Part shown: piece by piece, positions 49,557 to 62,535 of the stretch | Position numbering within the stretch: the first letter of the stretch is position 1 | Layout of the letters: every line of letters begins with the position of its first letter | Assembly: GCA_000708835.1 (NCBI GenBank) | Contig: DF237048.1 | Location: forward strand, 142,396 to 206,395 | Direction of reading: 5' to 3' | DNA: 64,000 bases | From: Klebsormidium nitens | Taxonomy: Eukaryota > Plantae > Klebsormidiophyceae | Position numbers and translations under genes: made by a program | Notes under the pieces: generated by a model | What the model was told of the DNA's origin: nothing | Databases searched by the model: none | Seen by the model: the letters and a program-made list of their open reading frames with translations, nothing else

Positions 49557-51088
49557 TGTGTTGGATTATGATGTGTCCAAAATAAACTTGGTTGAGTAAG
49601 GCTAGACTTGGGTTATGAAAGCAGTGTCACTGGCTGATTGGGACGTGTGGCAGGATGTGGGCGGAAGCTGTGGCGCACCGGCGAGCGGCTGCTGAGGCTA
49701 GCTCTGCAGTTACGCTCGGTATACCTTCTGAGACTGGAGCGAGCTAGCAGGGTGTGCAAGAGACGCCCGGGCTGGAGGTGACATGCGCTCTGATTGTGGG
49801 TTGAGGAGCTCAGACAGTGGCGTTAAGTGTGATGCACAGACAACAAGTTGGCTAAGAGAGCGTTTTGAGGACCGCCAGCTTCTGTTTTCAGTGTTTTGCG
49901 TGCCACAGCGAGGTCACAGCTAGCAACAACCCGCAAGTACCCAATCCTCCAACCCAAAGCAGTGCAAATCTGGTATGGCCTGCAATCACACGCTCTCAAA
50001 TTGCCGCCAGCACTGGGCACTAAATGATCTGCAACACGCACTCAATCCGCAGTATCCGACTTGCAGCACCCCATGTGACCAACTTAAAGCGGAAGTTTGA
50101 GTTAATTGGGTACGCGACATGCGGAACTGATCGAGTGAGGTTTTCCCAAGCTTCTCAGTCAGATACGTCAGCGAGGCGTGCACCAGCAGTGACGCTGACG
50201 CCTGAAAACACTCCATGCATGATGCACTGCTGAGTTCTGGAACGTCTTCCCACATTGGTAAGCTTTGCCTCGGAGGGTCCGACATGACGTCAGAGGATTC
50301 TTCGCGCTTCCATTGATGACGCAGGCGGCAGGTACGGATACCGTACATATGCCAGTGATGGCGCACAAACCGCCGGCGAGGTAGTAGGCTACGACCAGGC
50401 CGCGGCCCAAGCCGCCCTAGGGCTTGGGATGGAGCTCCAGATGGGAAGGCACTGCACAACATACATACCGTCTGCGGGCTGACAGTGAGAGCCCATGGTT
50501 CGCACCAAATGGCAGCTCTGCGTTAGCCGTTAGGTTATGTCAGTCAGGATGTCCCTATGAAGGCAGTAACCCGGGTAGTGATCGGATTCAGTGACGTAGT
50601 CGTCTTAAACACCTATCATGACTGACAATGAAAAGCGAAGCTTAACATCATGCATGGCCATATGCGTTCCTGGCAAGGACAGCATAGCTTGCAAATCCAA
50701 AAAATCCGGGTACTATAGATTGAAAAGAGGCCCTGGATGCATACGCTATCCTGAATGCATCATTCCCAGGCTCACTGCCCAGAAAACTATATTAGAGCCA
50801 TTGGACATTGACAGAAACTTCTGAAAAATAAAGTACGTTGCATGGTTACTACGTCTGTCCAAGATGCATGGGTCCGCATGCGTGACTGCACTGCCATCGG
50901 ATGGAGTGAAGATGACCGCAAACCCCAGCTACTTGATGCCAGCAATGTGTATTGAGTCAGGTTCGTGCCGAATTCCCACTACGTGCGTGCGCTGATCCTA
51001 TCTGTGACTCAAATCACAGTTGCATCCTGGTCTCCCATGAACATATGTACGTACAACTTCATGTGCTTCGAATTGCGACCCGCTCGTG

Positions 51089-54000
51089 CTAACAGCCTCT
51101 AACTTTGCAGCCTTTCCGCAGTCCTAGCTTTTCTAGTCGCTGGCTAAGCTTGATCCTCGTAACGAAGACCTTCCGCAGCGAAGTCGAAGCTTCCAGTGCC
51201 AGGTTAATTGCCTTGTCCGTTAGTTTGGGGCAGTCCTGCAAACGAGCAAATCTACCAGATCAGGAACGGCGGTAGGACATTCAATACAGCCTTGAAATTG
51301 CTTGCAGCCAATGAGAGCATAATCGCCGCCTGCCTCGCTTCAGTCGTCTACGAACTCTTCAGATGACGTCCTTATCGTCGCAAACGACCCTTGTTATATG
51401 AGTGGCTTTCGCTGAACTGATCTGAGGTTGAATTTCCCAGGATGCCTAGTTGGACGGGCAAAGCTCTAATGGCTGCCTTTCTTCGGAGTTCTCGTTTTCG
51501 AAATCGTGCTTCCTACCGAGCGCCTTGCAGAAATCGTAAGGGCACCAGGCAAACCATCTTGGGATGATACGGGAGTTTAGGGGACCAAGTTGAAACAGTA
51601 AAAACCAGGGAGGATGCAATATGCCAACAAAGAGAAGGGATGGAAAACGAACCAAACCCTTTGAGAAGCATCTGTTCCTGCGGCCTTTTCAGCACTATCC
51701 GGCTCCCATGTCTTGAAATGAAAGACGCTGTCCCCTACCCAGACCCCTCAACCCATTCAAACCCCCGCCACCACCGCTGACTGTAACTCCGGCGAAAACC
51801 AACTTGATTACGTACTATTGTGATTGTAACCGGAACGCAACTGACCCGTAACCGTAAGCCTAATCAACGTAACAAGCGTAAACCAAAACCCTGAACCCAC
51901 CTGTATGTCCAGGACTGCCAGGCCCTTACACCCCACCACCATCGCGAGAAGCCCCTCCCGCTCCAGGTGTCTATTCCCACTGATGTCGACATTCTCCAGG
52001 TTCGGACAGCGCTCGGCAAGCGTCCGAAGGGGTCCGGCCTTTAGGGAGCACCCGCTGACGTCAAGCTCACGTAAGCGGTGACAGGGCGGGCCGGGTTCGA
52101 GCGTGTCGATATTCGGAATCTGGTATAGCATCAGCTTTTCTAGCTTGGTGCACTTGTCGAGGATCTGTAGGGGGGAAAAGGCTCAGGTTGGCTGCAGTAG
52201 GTGTCAGATGCGGGTTTCAATCGTTGACGCAGGTGTCGTTAGAAAACTTCAGCTTGTAGACATGTCCAGCATCTAGACAGACTACAAGTTTGCCAAATTT
52301 GTCGGCACAAGCTGTGGGGAAAGTAACGGACGGTTGCGAAGCGACCCGCTCTTTCCGCTGCACTCCTCGAAGGTCTGCAGCTACAACGACCTTACTGACA
52401 AAGCATTTTCACGTGCTCGGACCTAACACTTCTCGAGCACTGAAGCATTGGCTTTCTAGGGTGTTGCAGGTGTGCAATGCAAGAAGCCAACCAGCGGGGA
52501 TGTTTCCCTCCCAGAGCTTGTCAGGCTCTGCTCGGTACAGCAATAGCTTGCTACACGTGTCGAGCATCACAAGCAAGATAAGCAAAGCTTTTCATGCTTC
52601 GAGGAATCGGTTGCTTGCACTCAGGAAGGATATGGACGACACTTGAACAGCTGAGCAAGCTGACGCGAGAGTGTCGATGACGCTGGACAAGCATCCTGAG
52701 GTTACAAACGAAGGAGGAAGCCAACGCACAAGCAAAAAGCTTCCTGCAGCCGAACACCGACAGCCCGACCACTTGTTCGAACTTTTCAAATCGTCGAGAA
52801 GCAGTCAAGCTTCAGAATGCACGAATTACCTAAAAAGAAGAAAATGCATAGGCGAATCTAGGCCAGAAAGAAAGGAAGGAGAGGAGACACGTACGTGCGA
52901 GAACCCAAGCCCGCTCGCATCGAAGCAGTCTCCAGCCTCGAGAAACGTGAGCGCCGAGCAGTGAAGCGCGATCGACTGGAGCGACTCATCCTCCATCCAC
53001 TCGCACTGGGAGACGGCCAGGCTGTGCAGCTTGGGCCACGGAGCGCCTGAAATTGGGTTACATGAGAAAGCTTAGGTTAGAAGAGTCGGTTAAGGTTGAC
53101 CATAACCTTACAATCGGCGCCTCATCCTCCATCCACTTGAAGTTGGCACTGAAAGGGGGCCAGGCTGTGGACTTGGGCCAAGGAGGACCTGTAATCGGTT
53201 TAGATGAGGAAGGTCTCGTTAAAAGGTTCGGTTAAGGTGACCACAATCATGAAAAGGGCGACTGGTCCTCCATCCACTCGCACTAGAAGACGGGCAGGCT
53301 ATGCAGCTTGGGCCACGAAGCGCCTGGGTTTGAGTTAGAGAAAGGAAGGTCGGGTTAGCCCCGTAATGACGATACAAGCGGGGCACTTTAGTGAGTGGTT
53401 CATCGCAAGCGATGGGGGAACCTGTGACAAGGACAACTGAAGCATTTCGGGTTAGTAGATCAGGTAAAATTGAGAATCGTTAGAAAGAAAGGGCGCTTCA
53501 ACAAGGCAAGGCTGATTGAACAGGTGGAGCTTCTAAAAGGCGTCACATCGGTTGAAATCGATAAGACTCCCGCAACAATATGGAGCAGGGGAAGAAGGCT
53601 GTAAAGGTGACGGAACAGAAAGAGATGGAAGGACAAATGGAAAGATGACACCGAAATGAAAGGAAGGGAGACAGTGACGAAGCGAGAAGGATAGAAGACG
53701 GGAGACGCATCAAAATTGACAAAGGAGGTGAAGAAACGTTCCGACGTTTAGGCCAGATAGGCAACACTAAGCAGACGGACAGAAGCAGACCACACCGTAT
53801 GGCCTACCTGATTGGAACGAGTCTCGGCCCGTGTTCCCAACCCCGGCCCCCCGGATAACTAGCTCTTCCATCTGCCCCCCCCGAAATTTCCCCAGCTCTA
53901 ACAACCCCCTGTCCGTAACCTCGAGACACCCGCTGATTTTGAGCACCTTTAGCGAGATGCAACTAACCGCTAACATGCCCAAACCCAGGTCCTCTAACCC

Positions 54001-57000
54001 GGTACACTCCATGAGGTTAAGGTGGGTTAGCGTGAACTTGGCGGGCCCTTTGAGGCACATCTTCCAGACGGGAAGGTAGGGCTGCTCCGGCTCCGACTTG
54101 CACCGATTCAGGTTAAGCTTAACCAGGGTCTTCGAATGCAAACCCAGTTGCACGAACCACTGCGGGCCCAACATGTTTCCTGACAGGTCCAGCTCGGTTA
54201 GCCCCGTGCATTGCTTTAACACTTGACCTAACCCTGCCGACGTCACCTTCTCCCCCACGCTGATGCAAGCGAGGCTGAGCTCCGTCAGTTTCGGGCAGTG
54301 CTTCGCGACATTGAGCAAACCAGCGTCGGTCACGTTCTCGCAGAACGACAGGTCCAGCGTGGTTAGAGTTTGCGCGCACTGCCCGGATGCTACCCCGTCC
54401 AAACCGTGGTCCGAAAGCTCGCACAGTGCAGAGCAGTCTTTCAGCAGGAGCGTTTGGAGCTGCTTACAAGAATGGGCAATAGATGCGACTGCCGAATCGA
54501 TATCACCCAAACCTTCCTTGGCACCACCCCCCTTTTTGGCCCCACCCGCACCCCCCGGTTTGCTACTCTCTGCCCCATTTGCTTCCGCGTCAAGTAAGCT
54601 GTACCCGAAGCGAAACTCGTTGCCCCAGGAATCGTACTCGCACTCGACCATCAGCCGGTGGCTAAGGAACTCACTGAACGGCGGACCAGACTTGTAATAC
54701 GCTCCTTCAGAACTACTTTCTCCCCCGCTGTCTTTTCCACCGCTGTCGTTTCCCCCACTGTCGTCGCCGCCGCTTCCTCCGGCTCCGCCGTCTTCTGAAC
54801 TGACCGATGGTAATTTGACGGTAAACGCGGCGAGGGCGCACGGTTGGACCGCCAAGACTTTGGCTTTGCCGAGGACGTGGGAGAGGTCTAGGAAGCGCAG
54901 ATTGGGAAGGTACTGGCAAGCGGCAGCAATGCCGTGGAAGGAGAGGCCCTGACACCTGCGAGGGGGGACGAATCCAGGTTTGCCTTTGGATACTTTCCTG
55001 GTCGATTAGTACAGCTTTCAGCGGTCAAGCACCCGGCGAAGGGGGTCTGCCTAGCCTGGAGTGCAGGACGAAAACGGAGGCAATGGTTTGGTCCGGAGTA
55101 GGTCCGGATTGAGTTGCCGGGCCGTGTCTACTACGAGAATTCTTTGTAATGGCACTTAGACTTGCTACTTATGTCAGGGAAGGTATTGGGAGCTGAGGAG
55201 TGTCACTTTCATGCAGGGTTGCCGAAAAGGCACTTTGCATCAAGAAGAATGCCGATTACTTGAGCGACGCGGCATGTCAAGTCAAAAGCCATTTCGTAAG
55301 ACGTTGTTATGTCTGGCAATGCAGCCTGAGAGCATCAGGAAGAGATTGCACCTTGCTTGCAATCCAGGAATGTACAGATCGACTCACAGGTAAAGTTTGA
55401 AAAGTCATCAAGAACAAACTTCCAACGTGCCCATACCTTGGGTTCCAAAGATCGCTGGTCAAGAGTTCTGTCGAGGAAAGAAGTTCAAGGCAAAGACTCA
55501 CCTCGAAAGGCCGAGCTCGAGGAGACGCGGCCCGCACGCTTGGGCGAGCGCGCTCAGGCCTGCATCCGAGAAGCTGTCCTGCCAGCTCAGGTAGATGGAC
55601 GTCAGGTTTGGGCACAGGAGGGGTAGTGTCCGCAGGTCTGAGTCGCGTACGAACGGCGCGGAGGAGAGATAGAGGGTGTGGAGGCCAGGGCCAAAGCGAC
55701 GCAGAACCTGTGCAGGAAATGAGGATGCTGAGGTCCTAAAGCATGACTTGGGGATGCGGGTTGATTTCAGACCTAATCGTCGCCGTTGGCTTCTTCAAAC
55801 AGGGTTTGAGACGAGGTTGGTGACAAGGGTCCGGAATAATCAGCAGGGCAATGGAATTCCAATTGAGTACAGCTTTGAAAATTGAGTAGTCTGCTGTAAG
55901 TTTGGCTCGATTTGGCTTGATTTCCTCTTTCAGCCCAAGTGTTGGTGTGCACATCAGAATGAAATTCGAAGTTGCACTTGCACTCTCTCAATAGTCTGCT
56001 TTGCAGTGATGCTCTATTACTCGCGCCCGTCGCCCTTGATAAGTTTTCCCTCCTTCCCTCCGCAGCATCTCTCTGAAACCAACAGGCATTCTTTGAAGGC
56101 ACGGAATCCTTCGAGCATTGCTGCCAAGTTTCCTTCTTCCAATGAGCACAAAAACATGCAAGGGTCAAGCCTAGGCCAAGTGCTTCACTTCATAACAGGC
56201 TTCCTAAATTCTTTCCCATCACCCTGGCATCAAGAGCAGGGTCCGCTTTCACTGACACTGCACTCTCACCTGAGTCATCCTCTGCCCCCCCGCTCTCCTC
56301 GTGACATGCAATTTGGTGCAGGCCCCAGCGGCCAGCCTGCGCCACCGCTTAGAGACGAGGGAGAGAGCTTCCCAGTCGCCCTGCCGCTCTAGTTGCTGGA
56401 ACACGCGCATCAGGACGTCGTCGGGGAGGGCCGCTTCAATGGCGCTCGGACCACTTGGCTCGAATTGGGGCTCTGCAAGGTTGATGTGCGCAACGTTGAA
56501 AGGTGGCTAGGATCCTTCACTTGTGCCTTCGATCAAAAGCATCGAGTTTGATGCATAGTGCAATTGCAGGATGGTTTAGTGCACTGACTTTCGTCCTTCA
56601 ATTCCACAAGATGTTTCTTATGTAGGCATTTTGCAAAATAGAAAGAATGATTCTATTGGAGGTGGCGAGAAGTGTTAAGAAGTACTCGTGGCACTTTTGT
56701 GCAATTGGCTGCCCTCATTCAAAACTGTGAGGTCATGCCGAATCTCTGAACAGAGGTTCTCTTTGACTTTTTTCAAGGGAGCACCCCATCCTGACAGCTA
56801 CACGGGCGAAAACAATGTACACAAGGGAAGCAGTCAAAGGATGTCCCAAAGTTTGCTTGCTCTAGGGCCACCAAACATCAGGGTGATCCAACAAGCACCA
56901 GCAAAATCCTGCAACTTATCTGATGATAGAGTGCAAGAAGTCCAGAGGCACTCACCATCTGTCACAAATGTTGCCCTGCGCATGCATTTTCCACTTCTGA

Positions 57001-57007
57001 GCTCCAT
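51089..57007 (-). CDS. F-box/LRR-repeat protein (~723 aa, 7 exons)
   Basis: Exons 56956-57007, 56270-56472, 55502-55707, 53808-54955, 52895-53046, 51901-52164, 51089-51235 (2172 nt, in frame). F-box LPDDVLMRVFQQL...LSLVSKRWRRL; cysteine-containing LRRs such as LTTLDLSFCENVTDAGL and LKVLKISGCLEVTDRGL. Confidence 0.92.
52975..53345 (-). repeat. Three tandem ~140-bp copies of the 3' splice site plus exon start in the F-box/LRR gene
   Basis: Minus strand: CAG|GCGCTTCGTGGCCCAAGCTGCATAGCC (53323), CAG|GTCCTCCTTGGCCCAAGTCCACAGCC (53188), CAG|GCGCTCCGTGGCCCAAGCTGCACAGCC (53046, functional). All three share GTGGATGGAGGA. Confidence 0.92.
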
Positions 57008-57269
57008 TGTTGGCCTGGAATAAAACTGCAGAAGCTGGGAAAGAAGCTTTGCAAACGTTCAACTTCATGCAAGTTCAACCGTAACGTTCAAGACGTGCAA
57101 ATCCAGCAGCAGAAGTTTTAGGGTTTGAAAGCTGGCTTTTAGGTTGCGCTTTTAGGGTTTCTTTGGCAGGTCTGCGCAGAGGGGAACTGAACGTACCTTG
57201 GCAGTTTAGGAGCAGAATTCTAGGCACTTGGTTGGCGCTTTCTGCCGCAACTTTGCATTATCTGCCACA
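57008..57269. promoter_or_regulatory. Compact divergent promoter region with telo-box motifs
   Basis: Only 262 bp separate the predicted ATGs of the F-box gene (57007, -) and MMTAG2 (57270, +). TTTTAGGGTTT (AAACCCTAAAA on the minus strand) occurs at ~57116 and ~57150. Confidence 0.6.
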
Positions 57270-60029
57270 ATGTTCCATCCAAGCAGGGGTGGTGTTCGTG
57301 GTGGGAAAGACCGTAAGTGTACAGCTCTCCTTTGCTTGTGCGATCGGGAGGTTGTCTTCAATTTGCAGCTGCTCGTCTGTGCAAACCCTGTCACAACGGG
57401 GAATGTCTTGATGGACTCGTCTGATGCCTGCTCGTGGTTGCACCTCGCTCGCTCAATTGCTTACTCATTCATTCACTTGATTAATCAGTCCTGGTGGTGC
57501 ATCGGCTGTTGTCAGAGGGTGTGCTCAGATAGTGTGCTTCTCCTTTTTCCACAGAGTTCAGCTGGGACAATGTGAAGTCCGACAAGGACCGCGAGAACTA
57601 CTTGGGGCACTCCCTCAAGGCGCCTGTCGGAAGATGGCAGAAAGGTGAGCACTCCTCGCCTGCTGATCGCTTCCGTGCCCATCCAGCGAAGGGCAATTCA
57701 GGGGCGTTGGGGATCATCGGATCATCGATACTGGCGCGCTTTGGTATGGTGCTGCATACTCCCTTGAAGGTTCTGGCATGTTCTGCTTGTTCTACGATTC
57801 TTTATCAATCGCAACTCAACTCAACCTTGTAGCTCATCTTCACACCATCTTGCGAGGACTATTGGTCAACTGCAGGTCATCCTTGCAAAATCTCTGGCGA
57901 TCAACGAGAACCTAAAAGTCTGGGGACCACAGAAAAGCTTCCTTGCTATTTTGGGCTCTTTTTGCTCTTTCTCCAGAAAATCCACAGCAATCACAGACCA
58001 GTGACCAGCTCTTAACCAATCTTTGACCAGGCAAGGACTTGCTTTGGTACACTCGCGAAAAGGGGGGCACCCCCATGACGGCCGCAGAGATCGACGCCTC
58101 CGAAGCGGAGCAGAGGCGAGCGGAGATCCAGCGGGTCAAAGACGAAGAGGAACAATTGATGCGCGAGGCGCTGGGGTTAGCGCCAAAGCGGGCGCAGCGG
58201 CCGACGGGTCATATCGACAAGAAGGACGCAGAGCAGCTGTTCAAGCGGGAGAAGGCGCAGGAGGAAGTGCGGGAGGGGGAGCGAGTGCAGGGCCTCGGCT
58301 TTGGCCCGTAAGTTGCCGTTTGTAGTCTTGGTGGTTTGCAAGATGCATTTCAAAGTTACAAGCACCACTCGAGAAGGACGAGAAGCTTCTTAGATTTGTT
58401 GAGGAAGGGTCTGTGCACCTGTTGAAAAGGGTCTCTATTGCTGCAGCAAATTTTGTAGTTGAGTCGGGTATACGACAGCAGGACCAAAGGACAAGATTCT
58501 CGACTTCTTCTCATACCATAGTCCCTATGTCTCGATTGTAAGGGCTCTGTTCTATTCCTGTTCTGCCCCGCTTTTGCCCTGCTCTTGAAAGTTGACCTGC
58601 CCTCGCCCTGAAAAACGAAAATCGAAGGCGAACGTTGGCGGATCTGGAAAATGACCTGATGATTTCCTAAAGCAATTAGACATCCTTTGCTTTTCTCTCA
58701 ACAGGTCAGTGCACGTTGAGGGCGCAGTTCAGGGGGAGCGCCCAGCAGGAACTCTAGAGGGGGAGGAATTGCCAGCGCCAGCTCATCTGGGCCCTGTCGG
58801 GACAATCGCCAAGATCGAGGATGCCGCGGGTTCTGACGTCATGCTGCCGCCTCCGCCCCGGGGGCCTCCGTCGGCTGCGGCGCTGAAAGAGCAGCGGAGG
58901 GAGGAGCGGAGGCGGAAAAAGGAGGAGAGGCGGGCGGCAAGAAAGGTGTGGAGCACTGTGCTTATGCTGGTTGGGTTCACGTGAATGTTGCTTGTTTTCA
59001 AAAGTCTCGATTCATTTGTAGGTCAAGCGTCTGGGCGTGAGTAATTGTTCTCGTGATAGCCCAGCATGCAAATCCGTCTGTCAAGGGCGGGCTGCAAGCG
59101 TACTGTGAGCTCGGGACTTTGTTTCGAAAAGGGTTGCCTTGACAGGGGCAACGAGGATGGCAGCCTCGATAACAATAAGAGCTTTGATCCATCTGAATGA
59201 CCATTGACGAACCTTCTTTTGGAATGAGCAAGTTACGTACAAGCTGGCACACGACTCTTGATGGTGGAGGTTTGCTTTTACGATACTGGGTCGTTCTTTG
59301 AGAAGCTTGGAACAAGAGACGCTTTGGTGTTAATAACTTTCCTAATTGGGGTCCAGCATTTCCACAGACAGCCGTACTCCTTTGTTACCCTTTGTCCGAA
59401 TGGGCCCACCCGTCAAAAACCTCAGTAATCTTTGCATTGGACTACGGAAATGATTAAGATGTCTCGATGTCTACCTCGCTGGCATGCAGGCTCGGAAGGA
59501 AGAGCGGAAGCGTCGGAAGGAGGAGCGGAAGCGAAGGCGCGAGCAAGAGACCAGCTCGGAGTCGGACAGCGACGCCAGCCACGACAGTAAGAAGAGGCGG
59601 CGCAGATCTCGGAGTATGGGCAGAAGCGAAGGCGACTCAAGCGACCGAGATGAAAACGTAGACACGGAGCGGAGTTTAAGAGTTGAGAACAAAGTAAAAC
59701 GGGGCGGAGAGAGAGGGGAAGGTTATGCCGAGAAGCCAGGGGACAGGGAGCATGAAGTTGGTCGGAGAGAAAACGGCTTTGGAAGAATTGCCAGTGACCG
59801 AGGGACGAGCCCCCGGAAGAGAGGCGCCGAGAGGTCTAAAAACCGTGCAGACGGGCGAAGGGAAAGATCCTTTGCCGAACAAGATGGAAGTGGCGGACGA
59901 AATGGTCGCACAGGGGAGACGGAGTCTCGGAGGGACAAGCAGTACAGCGATAAGATGGTATTAGTCGACGACGGAAGATACAGGAATGTGGACGAAGGAA
60001 CTCGGCACAGGAACGGGGAGAGGAGGTAG
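57270..60029 (+). CDS. MMTAG2: MMTAG2/C1orf35-like protein (multiple myeloma tumor-associated protein 2 homologue) with a K/R/E/S-rich tail (~396 aa)
   Basis: Exons 57270-57312, 57555-57644, 58031-58307, 58705-58945, 59490-60029 (1191 nt). Signature [51 protein letters not shown]...[12 protein letters not shown]. Confidence 0.93.
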
Positions 60030-61406
60030 CCCGCTGGCTGAAGCTCCTCTATCCTTAAATACCCTCACTTATGCAGGATTGAGTGTAAAGCAAGGCCGCG
60101 GTTCCACCCGGCTGCTCATCAGCGGCTGGGCGGCTGGCTGGAGCAGCAGTCGCAATCAATCATTTAGCTTCCGTGATGCAGATGTGCAGGAAACCTCGTT
60201 AAGGGCTTTCTTAAGGTGATATTTCAATCATGCTGTCTGAGCGATCCCATATACGTGTTTGCCGAAGTATGAGTCAGCCATGCTGGGTGCAGCTTCACGG
60301 CTGCCCCTTTGGATGCCATGTGCCAAACCTGCCTGAAGTCATGCACGGAGTATCAGGTATTCAAGTCCGCCAGGTCAATGTGTGTTAAGGCGGCCGACCT
60401 CGATTGACACCCATTCGGCTAATTGATCAATGTGTACATTGAGTGTATCCTGATAGGGTTCGCGCCGGCAGGCTGGCCGCACTGATGCAAATCTAAATGG
60501 ACTCACAGACTCACGATCGAAGCTGTGTAGGCTGCGACTTCAGTGGACGGTTGCGGTGTGCATCATAGACGGTACCACAGACAGTCCATCATTTTGTATC
60601 ATATTTGGATGTTAACGATACATATACAATCAATTCGCAAAGATGCCGCGTGCATGCCATGATGACCCGAGCTAGACACGTGTATGCTAGCAGATCGCGG
60701 ATGGACTCGGGGAGAACTTGGACTTCCAAGCCGACCTTAGATCATGACCTCTCCTATGTTAACTAAATAATTCCCGCGCTACAATCGACGGTCTGGGTGA
60801 AGTGAAACCACCAAACTTTGAGTGACCGTAGATATTCAATGCTCGCATGGGGGTTTTATTTGAAGGGGCCGTACCCTTAAGGAATCCACCGAGAGTCCTT
60901 GTTCTCCTTCCATCCGTTCTGAGAGGTTGCCGTCAATGCCGTGTACGCATATTATGAATATATACTTAAATCCGCCATGCATAGCCTGCGCTGCGCTCAG
61001 TCGCGAGCCGCACTGATAGTCTGCGGTTCATTCGGACTGACGGTGCCAGATCACACTAACACATTTGAAAATGAGATCATGAATTGCATGCCAGGGTCCG
61101 CAGGCTTACATGAAGTCGAGCTTGTCGGAGGCGGTCACTCACTAGATTTTGTATTATGAGACAGGTATGAGACAATTGTCAAGAATGTTCCAAAAAGAGT
61201 TGCGCAAGGTTGACTCGACTATCTCTACATGGCCATCATCTACATCTCAACGATTTCCTGCGCATATGACCCTAGGAGTAGATCCGACCAGATTTCCTTG
61301 TCTACTCAGCAAGTGGTTTGAGTGCTAATCGGCGGACGCTGAACATCGTGACGAATCATGATCATGGTGATGAGATAAAGCCCAGGAAATGTGGTCACAA
61401 GAGGAG

Positions 61407-62535
61407 TCACTCCACACAACGAACTTCTACTTCAACTACGAGGCTGTCATGGGCTCGAGCCAATGGCTCACTGACCAATTGGTGTAAGCTGTAGCCCCAG
61501 GACTTCCATGAAAATCGTTTGGTCACCTCCGCACCAGCGGGGTACACTTGTTGCTTAAGAGAACCCCTCAGAGCTTCGTCACCACTTAAAAGCAGGCCCA
61601 TCGTCATGCAGACCTTTCACTTCTTTCAGGTCTTGCACTTTGGAATAACTCTCTGGAGGAAGAGTTGCTTGCAAGGCAACGTACTTATCCATCACTTGCA
61701 CTGCCCACCACCGCCCCGGAGGCCCTGAAAAAGTGTACTTCAATTCCTGCTTGCCTAGCTTTTCCATTACGGACACGAAAATGCACTGTGCTTTGAATCC
61801 CTTGGAGTCTGAATCGCTCTTTACACACACCCCTGGGATCAGAGCCTCGAGACCCTTTACTAAACCTCGGAGATTCCAGTATCGCGCTTGCGCCAGCAAC
61901 GGCACATCCTTTTCTGCGGGAACAGCCCCGGTTGCTAGGTACTCCACAATTGCAGCCCACCGGTCCGGGTGACACGTGATAAGGGCCCGTCCTTTTTCAT
62001 CTCGTGCATAGTTCCACTCTCCACAGTACATCTTGTACAGGAGCGAATCCGGATCAGACGCTAGCACGCTGCGTGGAACAGAGCCCTCTTGTCCGTTTGC
62101 TGCAAGCACGTAATGTAGCCTCTCCCGCTCAATCTCATATTGCGCACCCGCTTCGCGGCTGCTCTGTAGAGCATCCTGTAGGACCGACAGTTCGCGCTTG
62201 CTTTCCCTCTCCTTGTCTGACATTTCCTTCTGCAGTGCAGAGAGCTTGGATAGGAGTACCTCATTTCTGGACTCCCGCTCCGTCACCTTGGCCTCCACTT
62301 TTGCAAGCTCCTCCCGCAGGGCCACAATCTGCGCTTGAAGGGCGCCACCCTTCAAGCTGGCTTCCATCTCGGCCGCCTCTGGCTCCATGGCCCGCCCCAA
62401 CTCCAGAGTGGTATCATCATCTAGGCCAGCTTTCGTGGCCTCGGTTGATTTCCTTTCCTTGCGAGAACCGGACGTCGAGGCAAGGCCATCATCCATGTCA
62501 ACCAACGATCTCTTGAGAGCATTTGAGCTGGCCAT
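61407..62535 (-). CDS. Coiled-coil plus KCTD-type BTB/POZ protein with a MATH-like C-terminal region; apparent 1-nt frameshift at ~61614 (pseudogene or sequencing error)
   Basis: The 318-aa ORF has a BTB-like segment (VPRSVLASDPDSLLYKMY...LITCHPDRWAAIVEYL...ARYWNLRGL). A second frame continues VCMTMGLLL...SWGY...DSLVVEVEV. A CTGCAG acceptor lies immediately before the ATG. Confidence 0.7.
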
